DNA of 49,401 nt from a candidate division WOR-3 bacterium (GTDB lineage Bacteria; Hydrothermota; Hydrothermia; JBDRYB01). Position 1 is the first letter of the stretch, and each line of letters opens with the position of its first letter. The stretch is from contig JBDRYB010000012.1 in the NCBI GenBank assembly GCA_039803205.1, forward strand, positions 1-49,401. Direction: 5' to 3'. This document shows positions 1-8,749 of the stretch, one piece after another. The notes under the pieces are model-generated. The model was not told the origin of the DNA and ran no database searches. It saw only the letters and a list, made by a program, of their open reading frames with translations. Position numbers and translations under genes: made by a program.

Positions 1-41
1 TCAGGAACTACTTCTTCAACAAGGAGGACGACCATAGCTAG
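1..41 (+). CDS. 3' end of a gene truncated by the window edge (possibly the transposase of the left element)
   Basis: Frame 3 reads ...RNYFFNKEDDHS* (TAG 39-41) just upstream of the repeated structured element. Too short to assign a family. Confidence 0.3.
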   Translation, partial: RNYFFNKEDDHS

Positions 42-79
42 GCAGAACGAGACGCTCCTTAAGTCTTGCAGGGCTACGG

Positions 80-206
80 CTCGTCAGGGCATTCCCTTCG
101 GCAAGGCGCAAAGCGCCTTGTGCCCTGCCGAGCCTCTAGGAGTTTATAATTTAATCCCTCAGGTTGGAGAGTGGCCCCTAAGGTGCCCGGAAATCCGGAC
201 AGATCT
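80..206 (+). mobile_element. Probable right end of an insertion sequence (IS3/IS481-like 3' non-coding end), copy 1
   Basis: 127 bp identical, except position 128, to the reverse complement of 49275-49401. Contains a branched hairpin (78-91/121-134 outer stem; 102-109/113-120 inner stem) and ends GTGCCCGGAAATCCGGACAGATCT; the flanks diverge immediately after AGATCT. The family call is inference. Confidence 0.65.
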
Positions 207-221
207 GAGGACCCCTTGTAG

Positions 222-250
222 TTGATCCGGCCCGGGCCTTGCATTAAAAT
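222..250 (+). promoter_or_regulatory. Sigma70-type promoter for the PTS IIA operon
   Basis: TTGATC(222-227)-17 bp-TAAAAT(245-250), followed by SD AGGAGG and ATG 271. Confidence 0.6.
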
Positions 251-270
251 TTGCCTGTTTAGGAGGTCAG

Positions 271-726
271 ATGTTGGATAAACTGCTCTCAGCTGACAAG
301 ATCATCCTTGATATGAAGGCTACTAACAAGGACGAGGCCCTGAAGGAACTCCTTTCCAAGGCCAACCTGCCCGAGGACAAGTTCGCTGTTGTGCTTGATG
401 CCCTCAAAAAACGCGAGTCCATAGGCTCAACAGGCATAGGCAAGGGTATAGCCATACCCCACACCAGGAGCATAGTTCTGGACAAGGTCTATCTGGTGGT
501 TGGACGCTCAAAGAACGGCATAAACTTTGACGCTCTGGACGACAAGCCGGTTCACCTGTTCTTTCTCCTGTGCGCGCCGCCCCAGGACATCGGAACTACA
601 TACCTCGTGATGCTCGGAAAGATAGCCCAGATAGCGAGGAAGCTGACCAAATCTCAGGAGTACATGAAAATAGAGGATCCGGAGAGGTTCAAGGATTACC
701 TCGTCACGCTTTATCAGGAAAAATAG
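271..726 (+). CDS. PTS EIIA type-2 (PtsN-like) domain protein
   Basis: RE..GSTGIGKGIAIPH phospho-His motif, FDALD..PV.LFFLL; strong SD. Confidence 0.9.
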   Translation: MLDKLLSADKIILDMKATNKDEALKELLSKANLPEDKFAVVLDALKKRESIGSTGIGKGIAIPHTRSIVLDKVYLVVGRSKNGINFDALDDKPVHLFFLLCAPPQDIGTTYLVMLGKIAQIARKLTKSQEYMKIEDPERFKDYLVTLYQEK

Positions 727-732
727 CTTGAT

Positions 733-1077
733 ATGGATTCCGTTCTGGAATGCTTGATACTCCTCCATGATGTTGACACCCTGATAGAGGATGTCACCAG
801 CCCCGCCTACCGTGAACAGGTTGGGCTTGAGGCCAGCGAAAAGCATCTTGAGGAACTGAGAAGGAGGAGGGACGAGGTGGCTGGACGCCTCCCGCCCGAG
901 GTTCTAAGGCAATACGAGCGGCTCAGAAAACACTATAGAAGGGGAATAGCGCCCGTCATTGGCGGCACATGCATGAATTGCTTTTCGGAATTGCCAACGG
1001 CCATGGTTACGAGGCCTGAGAAGAACCATCAGGTTGAGCGGTGCCCGAGCTGTGGGGTTTTCATTTACTGGGGCTGA
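733..1077 (+). CDS. C4-type zinc-ribbon domain protein (DUF164-like C-terminus)
   Basis: YERLRK..GIAPV.GGTCMNC and CPSCG motifs. Confidence 0.8.
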   Translation: MDSVLECLILLHDVDTLIEDVTSPAYREQVGLEASEKHLEELRRRRDEVAGRLPPEVLRQYERLRKHYRRGIAPVIGGTCMNCFSELPTAMVTRPEKNHQVERCPSCGVFIYWG

Positions 1078-1092
1078 TTAGCGAGGTTTAAC

Positions 1093-1929
1093 ATGAAGAA
1101 GATAGCTTTGGTGGGCCTAGCGGGTTTTGTGCTCGCTGGCTGTGGAGTGAAGACGGAAGAGAGCGACGAGGAGATACTCCGCCGCCTAATACTCACATCT
1201 GGCTGGACCAGAACATCTCCCAAGGGCGGAATAGAATCCAGCGGGTTTGTCATCATGGAGGACACCATAACCCCGTTCGGATGGATCAGGGAGGAAACGG
1301 GAAGGGATAACCCGATAATCAACATATACTTTGTTGAGGGCGCGGAGTATGATTCGGCCTATGTTGAGCTCTCGGTCAATATCTGGGGCAACTTCCACAT
1401 AGTCGCGTATAATCCGGACTCCGGAGGGATAAAGGATCACATAAAGCCCTACAAGGATCACTGCTATTTGGCGGCCATATTCAAGCGCATAGGGGACGAG
1501 GAACAGGATAAGGGCTGGGTCATGACTGATGTTACCAACATAAACTTCCAGTCCGCTGACATAGACCCGAGCGTGAAGCTGGACAGCCTGCTCCTTATCG
1601 GAGGCAATCCTGATTCCATAATGCTCTATTCCCCAGATACCTTGCTCAACATCCAAAACCCAAGATGGGTAGGTCTTGGGGATACAATGAAGGCCGTAGC
1701 CTTCACGGACGACCCCGATCCTGTCCTTGCCATATACGGGTTCACCCAGGACACAGCGGCCGCTGCCCTAATGACCCAGACTCAGCCGGGCGTCTGGGAG
1801 GGCCAAGTCCCCGTGCTCGGTTCAGGAGTCTGGTATCTAGGGGTTGACGCTTATCCTTGGTATGTCCTAAATATCCTTGACAGGCCGTATGAGGCCCAGC
1901 TCTGGATAACGCAGTTTGAAGCGAGGTAG
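1093..1929 (+). CDS. Putative lipoprotein, unknown function
   Basis: MKKIALVGLAGFVLAG-C lipobox; SD GAGG. Confidence 0.8.
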   Translation: MKKIALVGLAGFVLAGCGVKTEESDEEILRRLILTSGWTRTSPKGGIESSGFVIMEDTITPFGWIREETGRDNPIINIYFVEGAEYDSAYVELSVNIWGNFHIVAYNPDSGGIKDHIKPYKDHCYLAAIFKRIGDEEQDKGWVMTDVTNINFQSADIDPSVKLDSLLLIGGNPDSIMLYSPDTLLNIQNPRWVGLGDTMKAVAFTDDPDPVLAIYGFTQDTAAAALMTQTQPGVWEGQVPVLGSGVWYLGVDAYPWYVLNILDRPYEAQLWITQFEAR

Positions 1930-1934
1930 GTCCC

Positions 1935-2588
1935 TTGTACGGAAAGGTTATTGACCCAGAGAGGCGAAAGATAGCTCTGGCTCTGGAAAAGTTCATAAAC
2001 CTCAGACGGACAATAAGGAGCTATCTTCCAGAACCTGTGCCGCGTGAGGTAGCGGAGAAAATAGCCATATCGGGTTTAAGGGCCCCGACCAAAAACAACC
2101 AAATAAAGTGGCGCCTCCTACTGATTGATCAGAGCAGTGCGAAAAGAGGGGAATTTATAAGGCGTCTCATGGCCTCTTACTCGTATCTCTCGGATATAAG
2201 GGCTCTGTATCAGGAAGGATACCTTGATCTTGAGAGGTATCAGAGTTTCACGAGAAGCTTCATGAAAGGCTTGGGCACCATTCCTCTTTTTGCTGTTATG
2301 GTCGCGGAAAAGCCGCCCTCGTCCCTCCCTAATGCCCTCTACACAAGGGAGATGGCACACACCCTTGCCTCCTGCGGTTTTGCGGCGGAGAACATGCTCT
2401 TAACGGCCCTAGCCTGGGGGCTTGGCGGTGGGATACTCACTCTGGTTTCAGATGAGGCGGAGCGCGGTCTTCTTGAACTAATGGGCTTTTCTCCGGAGAA
2501 CCATACGATCGCTATGGTCCTAACCTTTGGTTATCCTGCAGAAGTGCCGCAGAGACCACCAAGGGAACTTGAATTCAAATGGCTATAA
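1935..2588 (+). CDS. Nitroreductase family protein
   Basis: RRTIRSY, RAP...N, AAENMLLTA..WGLG, FGYP motifs. Confidence 0.85.
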   Translation: MYGKVIDPERRKIALALEKFINLRRTIRSYLPEPVPREVAEKIAISGLRAPTKNNQIKWRLLLIDQSSAKRGEFIRRLMASYSYLSDIRALYQEGYLDLERYQSFTRSFMKGLGTIPLFAVMVAEKPPSSLPNALYTREMAHTLASCGFAAENMLLTALAWGLGGGILTLVSDEAERGLLELMGFSPENHTIAMVLTFGYPAEVPQRPPRELEFKWL

Positions 2589-3409
2589 AGAGGACCAGAG
2601 AACCTCTTGCGCTCATAAGAGGCCTCAAGGAGGGTAGGATCGTGTTCTTCGGCCCTCAGTGGGGCGCTATTATCGTTGATGTCAAGGAAGGCGAGCCTGT
2701 CTCTGTGAGGAGCACATGGGGCGATGGGCCAAAGGAGTTGGGCCGGCTTCTGTCGTGGAGAGAAGTAAGGTATATGATAAGACCCGCTGGTCCCGGTAGC
2801 GCCCCGAAAGAGTCTCCTCCTGGGGGCCCGGATCCCGAGTTTTTGCCGGATGACCCCGCTATACCTCCTGGTTATCTCGTTCTTCTAAGAAACATTTTTA
2901 GCCATAAGCTAGAAGAACACGGCGAGGAGGAGTGGATGAGCCTTGAGTTTGTGTTTGAGAGGATAGCAGAAAGCAACAGGGCTCTTATGGTTGAGCTGAG
3001 CGCTCAGGAGGTTTTTTCCGGACTCATTTTCTCGTTTGCCGGGCAGATGAGGGGCGCGATCGCGCTCTACCCCGACAGCGTTCTCTACAACAAAAAAGCC
3101 ATCAAATCCATAAAGGCCGAGAACCTCATTATGCCTCTTGGGGTTTCAATATCTGCTCCGAGTATTCCGGATGAGGATGCGGCGTTATCGTTTCTGCCGT
3201 TTTCTAATAACCCTATAATCAGAGGGAAGGGCGATGCTCTGGCCGATTTCCTTCTTAGAAAGACAAACAGGCTCATACTTGCGGGCAATAAAGGATACAT
3301 ATTGGGAACCATGATATGGGACATGCTTTCTAGCAACATCATTAGCGAGGAGGATCTTATTTTGACCCTTTACGGTGAGAACGAGGTTTTGGTTTTTCAA
3401 CGGGATTAA
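2579..3409 (+). CDS. Hypothetical protein, possible DUF4388-like N-terminal domain
   Basis: 276-aa ORF overlapping the upstream gene; G.I...EG.PV......G...L..LLSW pattern. Confidence 0.6.
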   Translation: MAIKRTREPLALIRGLKEGRIVFFGPQWGAIIVDVKEGEPVSVRSTWGDGPKELGRLLSWREVRYMIRPAGPGSAPKESPPGGPDPEFLPDDPAIPPGYLVLLRNIFSHKLEEHGEEEWMSLEFVFERIAESNRALMVELSAQEVFSGLIFSFAGQMRGAIALYPDSVLYNKKAIKSIKAENLIMPLGVSISAPSIPDEDAALSFLPFSNNPIIRGKGDALADFLLRKTNRLILAGNKGYILGTMIWDMLSSNIISEEDLILTLYGENEVLVFQRD

Positions 3410-3445
3410 CGCCTTCTTAACGGACCCGCTTTTATAATTTATCCC

Positions 3446-3868
3446 ATGAAACCAAGAATTCTCGTTCTCTGCACAGGAAACTCCGCCAGAAGCCAGATGG
3501 CCGAAGCCTTCCTGGAGGCCCTTTTGGGCAAAAGGGCCGAGGTTTTCTCAGCAGGAACAAAACCCGTTCCGGTGAATCCCTTCGCGATAAAGGTCATGGC
3601 CAAGATAGGGTTTGATATTTCTCACAAAAGGTCAAAGGGCGTTGCCGAGTTCATGGGCCAGCGCTTTTCCCACATAATAACGGTCTGCGACAGGGCCGCG
3701 GAGGAATGCCCGACATTTCCGGGCATCGCGGTAAGAATGCATGTTCCATTTGAGGACCCGGCCCAAGCTATCGGAACCGAAAACGAGAAGCTTGAGGTCT
3801 TCCGAAGGGTCAGGGATCAAATAAGGGCCTGGGCCGAGCAGTGGGTTAAGGAAAATTTCACCGGCTGA
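3446..3868 (+). CDS. arsC: Arsenate reductase, thioredoxin-type LMW-PTP family
   Basis: CTGNSARSQMAE P-loop plus TVCD.A.EECP and DP motifs. Confidence 0.9.
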   Translation: MKPRILVLCTGNSARSQMAEAFLEALLGKRAEVFSAGTKPVPVNPFAIKVMAKIGFDISHKRSKGVAEFMGQRFSHIITVCDRAAEECPTFPGIAVRMHVPFEDPAQAIGTENEKLEVFRRVRDQIRAWAEQWVKENFTG

Positions 3869-4694
3869 CCAGGCTACCGAATATCCCCATCAGGAAAGCG
3901 AACCCTATTATCGCGTTTGCCCTGAAGAAGGCGAACTCCGGCTTGCGCCTAGCATAGCGGTGTTCCAGTGTGAAAAGAACACCAATAAAGAGCATTGCCG
4001 CGAAATATGGAGGGCCAAGAGCCGTGAGGAACCCCAGGTAGATCCAAAGGGCATAGGTTATCACATGGGAGGCTAAAGACACCAAAAGCGCCCAATCCGA
4101 GCCTATTGCGGCCGGAAGGGATTTTATCCCGTGGGTTCGGTCAAAATCCACATCAAGAAGGGCGTATATTATGTCAAATCCAGCGAGCCAGAAAAGAACC
4201 GAAACCGAGAGGACCATTGCTGGATAGAATCCTTCAAAGCTGCCTCGGACAGCCAGCCACGCTCCAGTAGGCGCTATTGACCAGGCCGCGCCGAGAGCGA
4301 AATGGGTTAGGGGCGTGAAACGCTTCGTGAACGGATAAAACCAGAAAGCCAGCAGGGGTATTGGCGAGAGATAAAAGCACAGTGGGTTCAGGAGCCAAGC
4401 GGACAAAACGAATACCGCTGATGAGACCGCGACGAGTAGCCACGCAGACCACAAGGGCAGTTTCCCGGCCGGCAGTTCCCTTTCCCTCGTCCTTGGATTC
4501 AGAGCGTCCAGGTGCCTGTCTATGATCCTGTTGAGGGCCATTCCCGCGGCCCGAGCGCTTATCCCAGCTAGGAGAATGAGGGCGGTTTCCCTCACATCAG
4601 TGAGGCCTTTCTTCGCCAGAAAGGCACCGGCAAAAAGGTAAGGCAGGGAGAACAAGGTGTGTTCGGCCTTGATGAGACGGAAGAGGGAACGCAT
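3858..4694 (-). CDS. UbiA-family polyprenyltransferase (4-hydroxybenzoate/MqnP-like)
   Basis: EHTLFSLP, NRIIDRHLDALNPRT..R, YPFTKRFT, GFDIIYALLD.DFD. Confidence 0.9.
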   Translation of the reverse strand: MRSLFRLIKAEHTLFSLPYLFAGAFLAKKGLTDVRETALILLAGISARAAGMALNRIIDRHLDALNPRTRERELPAGKLPLWSAWLLVAVSSAVFVLSAWLLNPLCFYLSPIPLLAFWFYPFTKRFTPLTHFALGAAWSIAPTGAWLAVRGSFEGFYPAMVLSVSVLFWLAGFDIIYALLDVDFDRTHGIKSLPAAIGSDWALLVSLASHVITYALWIYLGFLTALGPPYFAAMLFIGVLFTLEHRYARRKPEFAFFRANAIIGFAFLMGIFGSLVSR

Positions 4695-4697
4695 CTG

Positions 4698-4964
4698 TCA
4701 GAGTATCCTGTAGATGAGCCAAAGAAGGAGCAGAATAACCAGAACGGTTATCAGGCTGAACTCAAGATATATACCTATTGTGAACCTGATGAGTATCAGG
4801 TTCACCTCGGTTGGAGAGAACCCCACTGCCAGGTATCTGACGAGAAAGTCCTTGACTGGACTCTGCGGGACGAAATGCCTCACGGCCTCGTTTATCGCGG
4901 TGCCGACAACCGCTCCAAAAAGGAACGCGAGCCAGAACGCCTTCCAACCCCTTGTTCTCAGCAT
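4698..4964 (-). CDS. Small membrane protein (DUF4321-like)
   Basis: Two hydrophobic segments with GF.P..VNL..I.FT.G pattern; sits directly upstream of the UbiA gene on the same strand. Confidence 0.7.
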   Translation of the reverse strand: MLRTRGWKAFWLAFLFGAVVGTAINEAVRHFVPQSPVKDFLVRYLAVGFSPTEVNLILIRFTIGIYLEFSLITVLVILLLLWLIYRIL

Positions 4965-5128
4965 GGCTTATATTTTTGAGGACGGGGGTGGCCTGTTGCA
5001 AGGAGGGAGCGTTGCGGGTATGTGGTATTAAAGTCAGGCGCGGATGAGAAGACAATTAACTGGAAACCAAATAAGTAGTATGGGCCCAGAGTTAAGCATT
5101 ATAATCTTCAGAACCACTAGGAGCGTGC

Positions 5129-6406
5129 ATGATGAACCTGTTAATAGCAACCCTGCTACTATCTAATGGGCCTTCCTACTCTCAGAAGACCATCTACCTG
5201 AATGCGATGGGAGAGGTCCCGGTTGAGCCCGATATGGCCACGGTCTCATTCACCGTTTCAGCAACAGCGAACTCGGCCAAATCCGCCTACACGAAGGCCG
5301 AGACAAAGCTTGGAGATGTCCAGAAGAGGCTCAAGGCCGCTGGGGTCTCCGAGGCCACTGTCCAGAGCCTCTATGTCTCACCTCAGTATAGCTACGACGG
5401 CTCGCAGGTCCTCGGCTACACGGTGAGCATAACCTGTTCCGCTGATGTCCCTGACCTTTCCAAGATGGACAAGGTCACATCAGTCCTCTCCGGAGATAAG
5501 GATATCGTCCTCTCAGGGGTAGGTTATGGGGTGAAAGACCCATCTGCCGCTGTTGATAAAGCCATAACCAATGCAGTTGGGGAGCTCGGTTCCAGGCTTG
5601 ACGAGGTCAAGAAGCTCACGGGAATAAAGACCGCTGTGCCCTGGACCGTGAGCCTTGAGGTCTATACCCCGAGCACATCGTATCAGGACTATTACTATGG
5701 CTATGGAGTGAGCAACCGGGTTCAGGCCTATGTTTATGTTACATATCTGATAGGCGAGGAGGACGGAACTAGAATCCCGGACAGCCTCCTGGCCATGAGC
5801 GCGATATCCTGCAACGGCTGGGGAGAAGCCCCTGTGAAGCCCTCAGCGGCTGTGGCGTTCCTGGACATAACCGCGACAAAACCCACAGCGGCCGAGGCCT
5901 ATGCTGAGACAGACAAGGTCCTCGGCGAGCTCAAAAAGAGGCTGGGCAAGGATGTTGAGCTCTCAATGGTCTCGGTCTATACTACCCCGGAATACGGGGC
6001 TGATGGCGTCAAGATACTCGCATACACCGTAACCCGCTCTGTAGAGGTTCGTTCAGAAAACATAAAAAAGACTGGCGACATAATGGATGCGGCAACGAGC
6101 ATAGAGGGCATCACTCTCACCTCCATGTATTACGAGAGCAAGTCTTCTCGTAAGGAAGAAGCAGAGGCGAGGGCCAAGGCGTTCAATCAGGCAAAGGGGA
6201 GAGCAGAAAAGCTCGCTAGCGCGATGGGGTTCGGGCTGGGTGGCGTAAGCTCCTTTTCCGAGAACATTACGCCCCCTCAGACCGGCCCCAGCGGATACCC
6301 AATGACTCAGGCCGCATATCACGGTGTTGAAGGCGAGGGCGGCGTTTCCTATGGCGCGCTGACGACCTCGGTGAACCTTTATCTGAGCTTTGGAATAAAG
6401 AGATAG
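5129..6406 (+). CDS. Exported protein with two tandem SIMPL (DUF541) domains
   Basis: N-terminal signal; G.V.V.PD.A-type motif occurs twice (GEVPVEPDMA, GEAPVKPSAA); A...A...AEKLA...G..LG in the second domain. Confidence 0.8.
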   Translation: MMNLLIATLLLSNGPSYSQKTIYLNAMGEVPVEPDMATVSFTVSATANSAKSAYTKAETKLGDVQKRLKAAGVSEATVQSLYVSPQYSYDGSQVLGYTVSITCSADVPDLSKMDKVTSVLSGDKDIVLSGVGYGVKDPSAAVDKAITNAVGELGSRLDEVKKLTGIKTAVPWTVSLEVYTPSTSYQDYYYGYGVSNRVQAYVYVTYLIGEEDGTRIPDSLLAMSAISCNGWGEAPVKPSAAVAFLDITATKPTAAEAYAETDKVLGELKKRLGKDVELSMVSVYTTPEYGADGVKILAYTVTRSVEVRSENIKKTGDIMDAATSIEGITLTSMYYESKSSRKEEAEARAKAFNQAKGRAEKLASAMGFGLGGVSSFSENITPPQTGPSGYPMTQAAYHGVEGEGGVSYGALTTSVNLYLSFGIKR

Positions 6407-6426
6407 TCTCTCGCAATTACTGACAT

Positions 6427-7242
6427 ATGCAGAGGTTCAAAGACCTCCTGTTTCCGGGGGTGATAGCTCTAAGCTTGGCTTTCTCCCTCCTTCTTGCTAT
6501 CAGGCACCCAGCGAACGCGCCCCCGGTTCTCAAGTTCGGGTGGGCCTTTGCCATCTACTTTGCCTTGCCCCTTTCGGCCCTGGTGCTTCTTGATGCGAGG
6601 AGAAGGTTTCTCCCTTATTTTCTCGGGGTCCTGGGAACCATCGCTGTTGTTCTGCCCCTCGTCTTTCGTTCCTGGGTCCCGGGCGCCAGGGAGTTCTTCC
6701 TCTTTCATCCCCAATACCTTCTGGCTCCGGTTGGCCTAGGCGTTATTCTCCTGCTTATAGGGGGCGGCGTTGGCAAGGTCAGCTTCTCCGAGTGGGGCCT
6801 CGGACTCGGCAGATGGCGCTGGTGGGCTGTTTGGACCCTCGTTCTCCTTTTGCTCATCGTTCCCCTTGTTCTCCTTGCGGCCTGGGCATTCCCGGTTATG
6901 CGAGAATACTATCCCGTTTACGGACCAGCGAAAAAGAGCCTCTCGGAATTGTTCAAATATCAGGGAGGGATGGGTTTCTACATGCTCGGATGGGAGTTCC
7001 TATTCAGGGGATTCCTGCTCTTCGGGATGGCAAGGAGGGGAGGCGAGCACTTCGCCGTTCTCTTCCAGGCGATTCCCTTTTTTCTAATGCACGACGGCAA
7101 GCCTGAGCCGGAGATGGTCTCCTCGTTCTTCGGAGCCATATTCCTCGGATACTTCTGCCTAAAGGCCAGGAGCTTTTGGCCCGCCTTCATCCTCCACTGG
7201 GCCCTCAACCTGAGCATGGAAATACTTGGATTTTTCTGGTGA
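6427..7242 (+). CDS. CPBP (Abi/CAAX-like) intramembrane metalloprotease
   Basis: WEFLFRG, F.LMH..KP..E and H...N motifs; multiple TM helices. Confidence 0.85.
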   Translation: MQRFKDLLFPGVIALSLAFSLLLAIRHPANAPPVLKFGWAFAIYFALPLSALVLLDARRRFLPYFLGVLGTIAVVLPLVFRSWVPGAREFFLFHPQYLLAPVGLGVILLLIGGGVGKVSFSEWGLGLGRWRWWAVWTLVLLLLIVPLVLLAAWAFPVMREYYPVYGPAKKSLSELFKYQGGMGFYMLGWEFLFRGFLLFGMARRGGEHFAVLFQAIPFFLMHDGKPEPEMVSSFFGAIFLGYFCLKARSFWPAFILHWALNLSMEILGFFW

Positions 7243-7246
7243 AACC

Positions 7247-7990
7247 GTGATCAGGAATCTGGGCATACCATTGGTTTTATTTCTGGCCTGCCAGAAGGGG
7301 GGCAGGTTGGTCGATCTCAGGAAGGATGTGGAGGAGAAACTCAACCAGGGAGACACGCTTGCCGCGGCGTGCTCCTTGCTCGTAGGCCTTAGCAATCCGC
7401 TCATCTCGTCATCTCTGGTAATGGGGGATGTTGGCGCGGAGGAGCTGGATTCCCTCTCCGTGAACCTGATCTCCCTCCTCACCTCCTCCGGATCCGCGAG
7501 CGCGAGAGCGGGCGACCTGCCGGATTCCTGGAACAAGGCCCACATCAGCCTGCGAATAACCGAGAGATACTGCGACATCAAGCCAGCGGTCGCCGGAAGG
7601 ATGATCCCCATGGCCGTCTCAGCGTTATCGGCCTCGGCAGGAGCAAGCCTTCTCAGGGCTGAGGATATCGCTCATAAGGGCGATACTTATGGGGCGATAA
7701 GCCTTCTTGAGCAATCCCTTTCATACCTTTCAACCCCCCTTCCCCACATGGGCGCGAGCCAGGCCCTTTTGCCCCTGTATCGCGAAAAGGCCGCGCTCTG
7801 CCTCGCTGTTGGCAAGCTATCCGAGGGCATGACGGTGGCCGAGGCCGTATCCGTAATGGGGCCGCCCACGGGACACGATTCTGTTTACGCGGCACTTTCC
7901 GGCGATTTCTACCTGATGCTGTCCTGGGACACGGTGAGCGCTCTCGTGAGACAGGACACGGTCTGGGAGCTGGTGCGGGCCCAAAGATGA
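7247..7990 (+). CDS. Putative lipoprotein, unknown function
   Basis: GTG start at 7247 gives VIRNLGIPLVLFLA-C lipobox; C-terminal GMT..EA....GPP motif reminiscent of SmpA/BamE-like domains. Confidence 0.55.
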   Translation: MIRNLGIPLVLFLACQKGGRLVDLRKDVEEKLNQGDTLAAACSLLVGLSNPLISSSLVMGDVGAEELDSLSVNLISLLTSSGSASARAGDLPDSWNKAHISLRITERYCDIKPAVAGRMIPMAVSALSASAGASLLRAEDIAHKGDTYGAISLLEQSLSYLSTPLPHMGASQALLPLYREKAALCLAVGKLSEGMTVAEAVSVMGPPTGHDSVYAALSGDFYLMLSWDTVSALVRQDTVWELVRAQR

Positions 7991-8059
7991 TCTCTTGTCA
8001 AGCTAATCCGCTGAATTCGTTGATACTCAACGAAAACACTCATATCTTACGGCCAGAAA

Positions 8060-8162
8060 TAAAATTCTCTCGCGGCTCCTTGATGCTTGCATTAGCTTGA
8101 CCCTTTCCCATATACTCTAGGGGCCTAGCTACAAGATATAATTTTACAAGCATCAAAAGGAG
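8060..8162 (+). promoter_or_regulatory. Promoter/leader region of the hdr-mvh operon
   Basis: TTGCAT(8087-8092)-18 bp-TATACT(8111-8116); further TAAAAT (8060) and TATAAT (8137); inverted repeat TTGATGCTTG(8080-8089)/CAAGCATCAA(8147-8156); SD AAGGAG. Confidence 0.55.
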
Positions 8163-8170
8163 AAAGACCT

Positions 8171-8749
8171 ATGGTTAAACGGGTCATCCGAACCCAAGAG
8201 GATGTCTCTGGAGGCTTCGTTGATGAGCTTACTGCTTCTCCTGGGTCAGAAGCGCTCCGGGACTGTATTCAATGCGGAACCTGTTCAGGAACTTGTCCGG
8301 TAGCCATTTACATGGATTACACCCCCAGAAGGCTTATAGCAATGGCCAGAGAAGGCCTCAAGAAGGATGTCCTTTCGTCTTTCACGGTTTGGCTTTGTTC
8401 GTCTTGCTATGCCTGCACCGTCCGTTGCCCTCAGAAAATAAAGATCACGGACATTATGTATGCCTTCAAGAGGTTGGCCCTCCGGGAAGGTTTCTATCCG
8501 AACAAGTTCCCGACATCAGTCCTAGCCAAGGAGTTTTTCTCTGAGGCAAGGAAAAACGGCCGAATATCCGACATCGCTGTGGCTATAAGGCTGGTCATGA
8601 AGACCAACCCCTTCAAGGCCATTGGAATGATGGGCCTTGGACTAAACCTGATGAGAACCGGCAGATTCCACCTCTTCAGCCCAAAGATCAAGGGAACCAA
8701 GGAACTCCAGACCATCATAGACGCTCTCAAGGAGGAAGGCCATGCCTGA
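8171..8749 (+). CDS. hdrC: Heterodisulfide reductase subunit C
   Basis: CIQCGTCSGTCP and WLCSSCYACTVRCP 2x[4Fe-4S] motifs; operon context. Confidence 0.92.
   Translation: MVKRVIRTQEDVSGGFVDELTASPGSEALRDCIQCGTCSGTCPVAIYMDYTPRRLIAMAREGLKKDVLSSFTVWLCSSCYACTVRCPQKIKITDIMYAFKRLALREGFYPNKFPTSVLAKEFFSEARKNGRISDIAVAIRLVMKTNPFKAIGMMGLGLNLMRTGRFHLFSPKIKGTKELQTIIDALKEEGHA

Noticed and set aside
80..206. tRNA, group II intron end or known riboswitch as the identity of the terminal repeat
   Set aside because: No cloverleaf or T-loop, no domain V catalytic-triad hairpin, and no aptamer consensus recognised.
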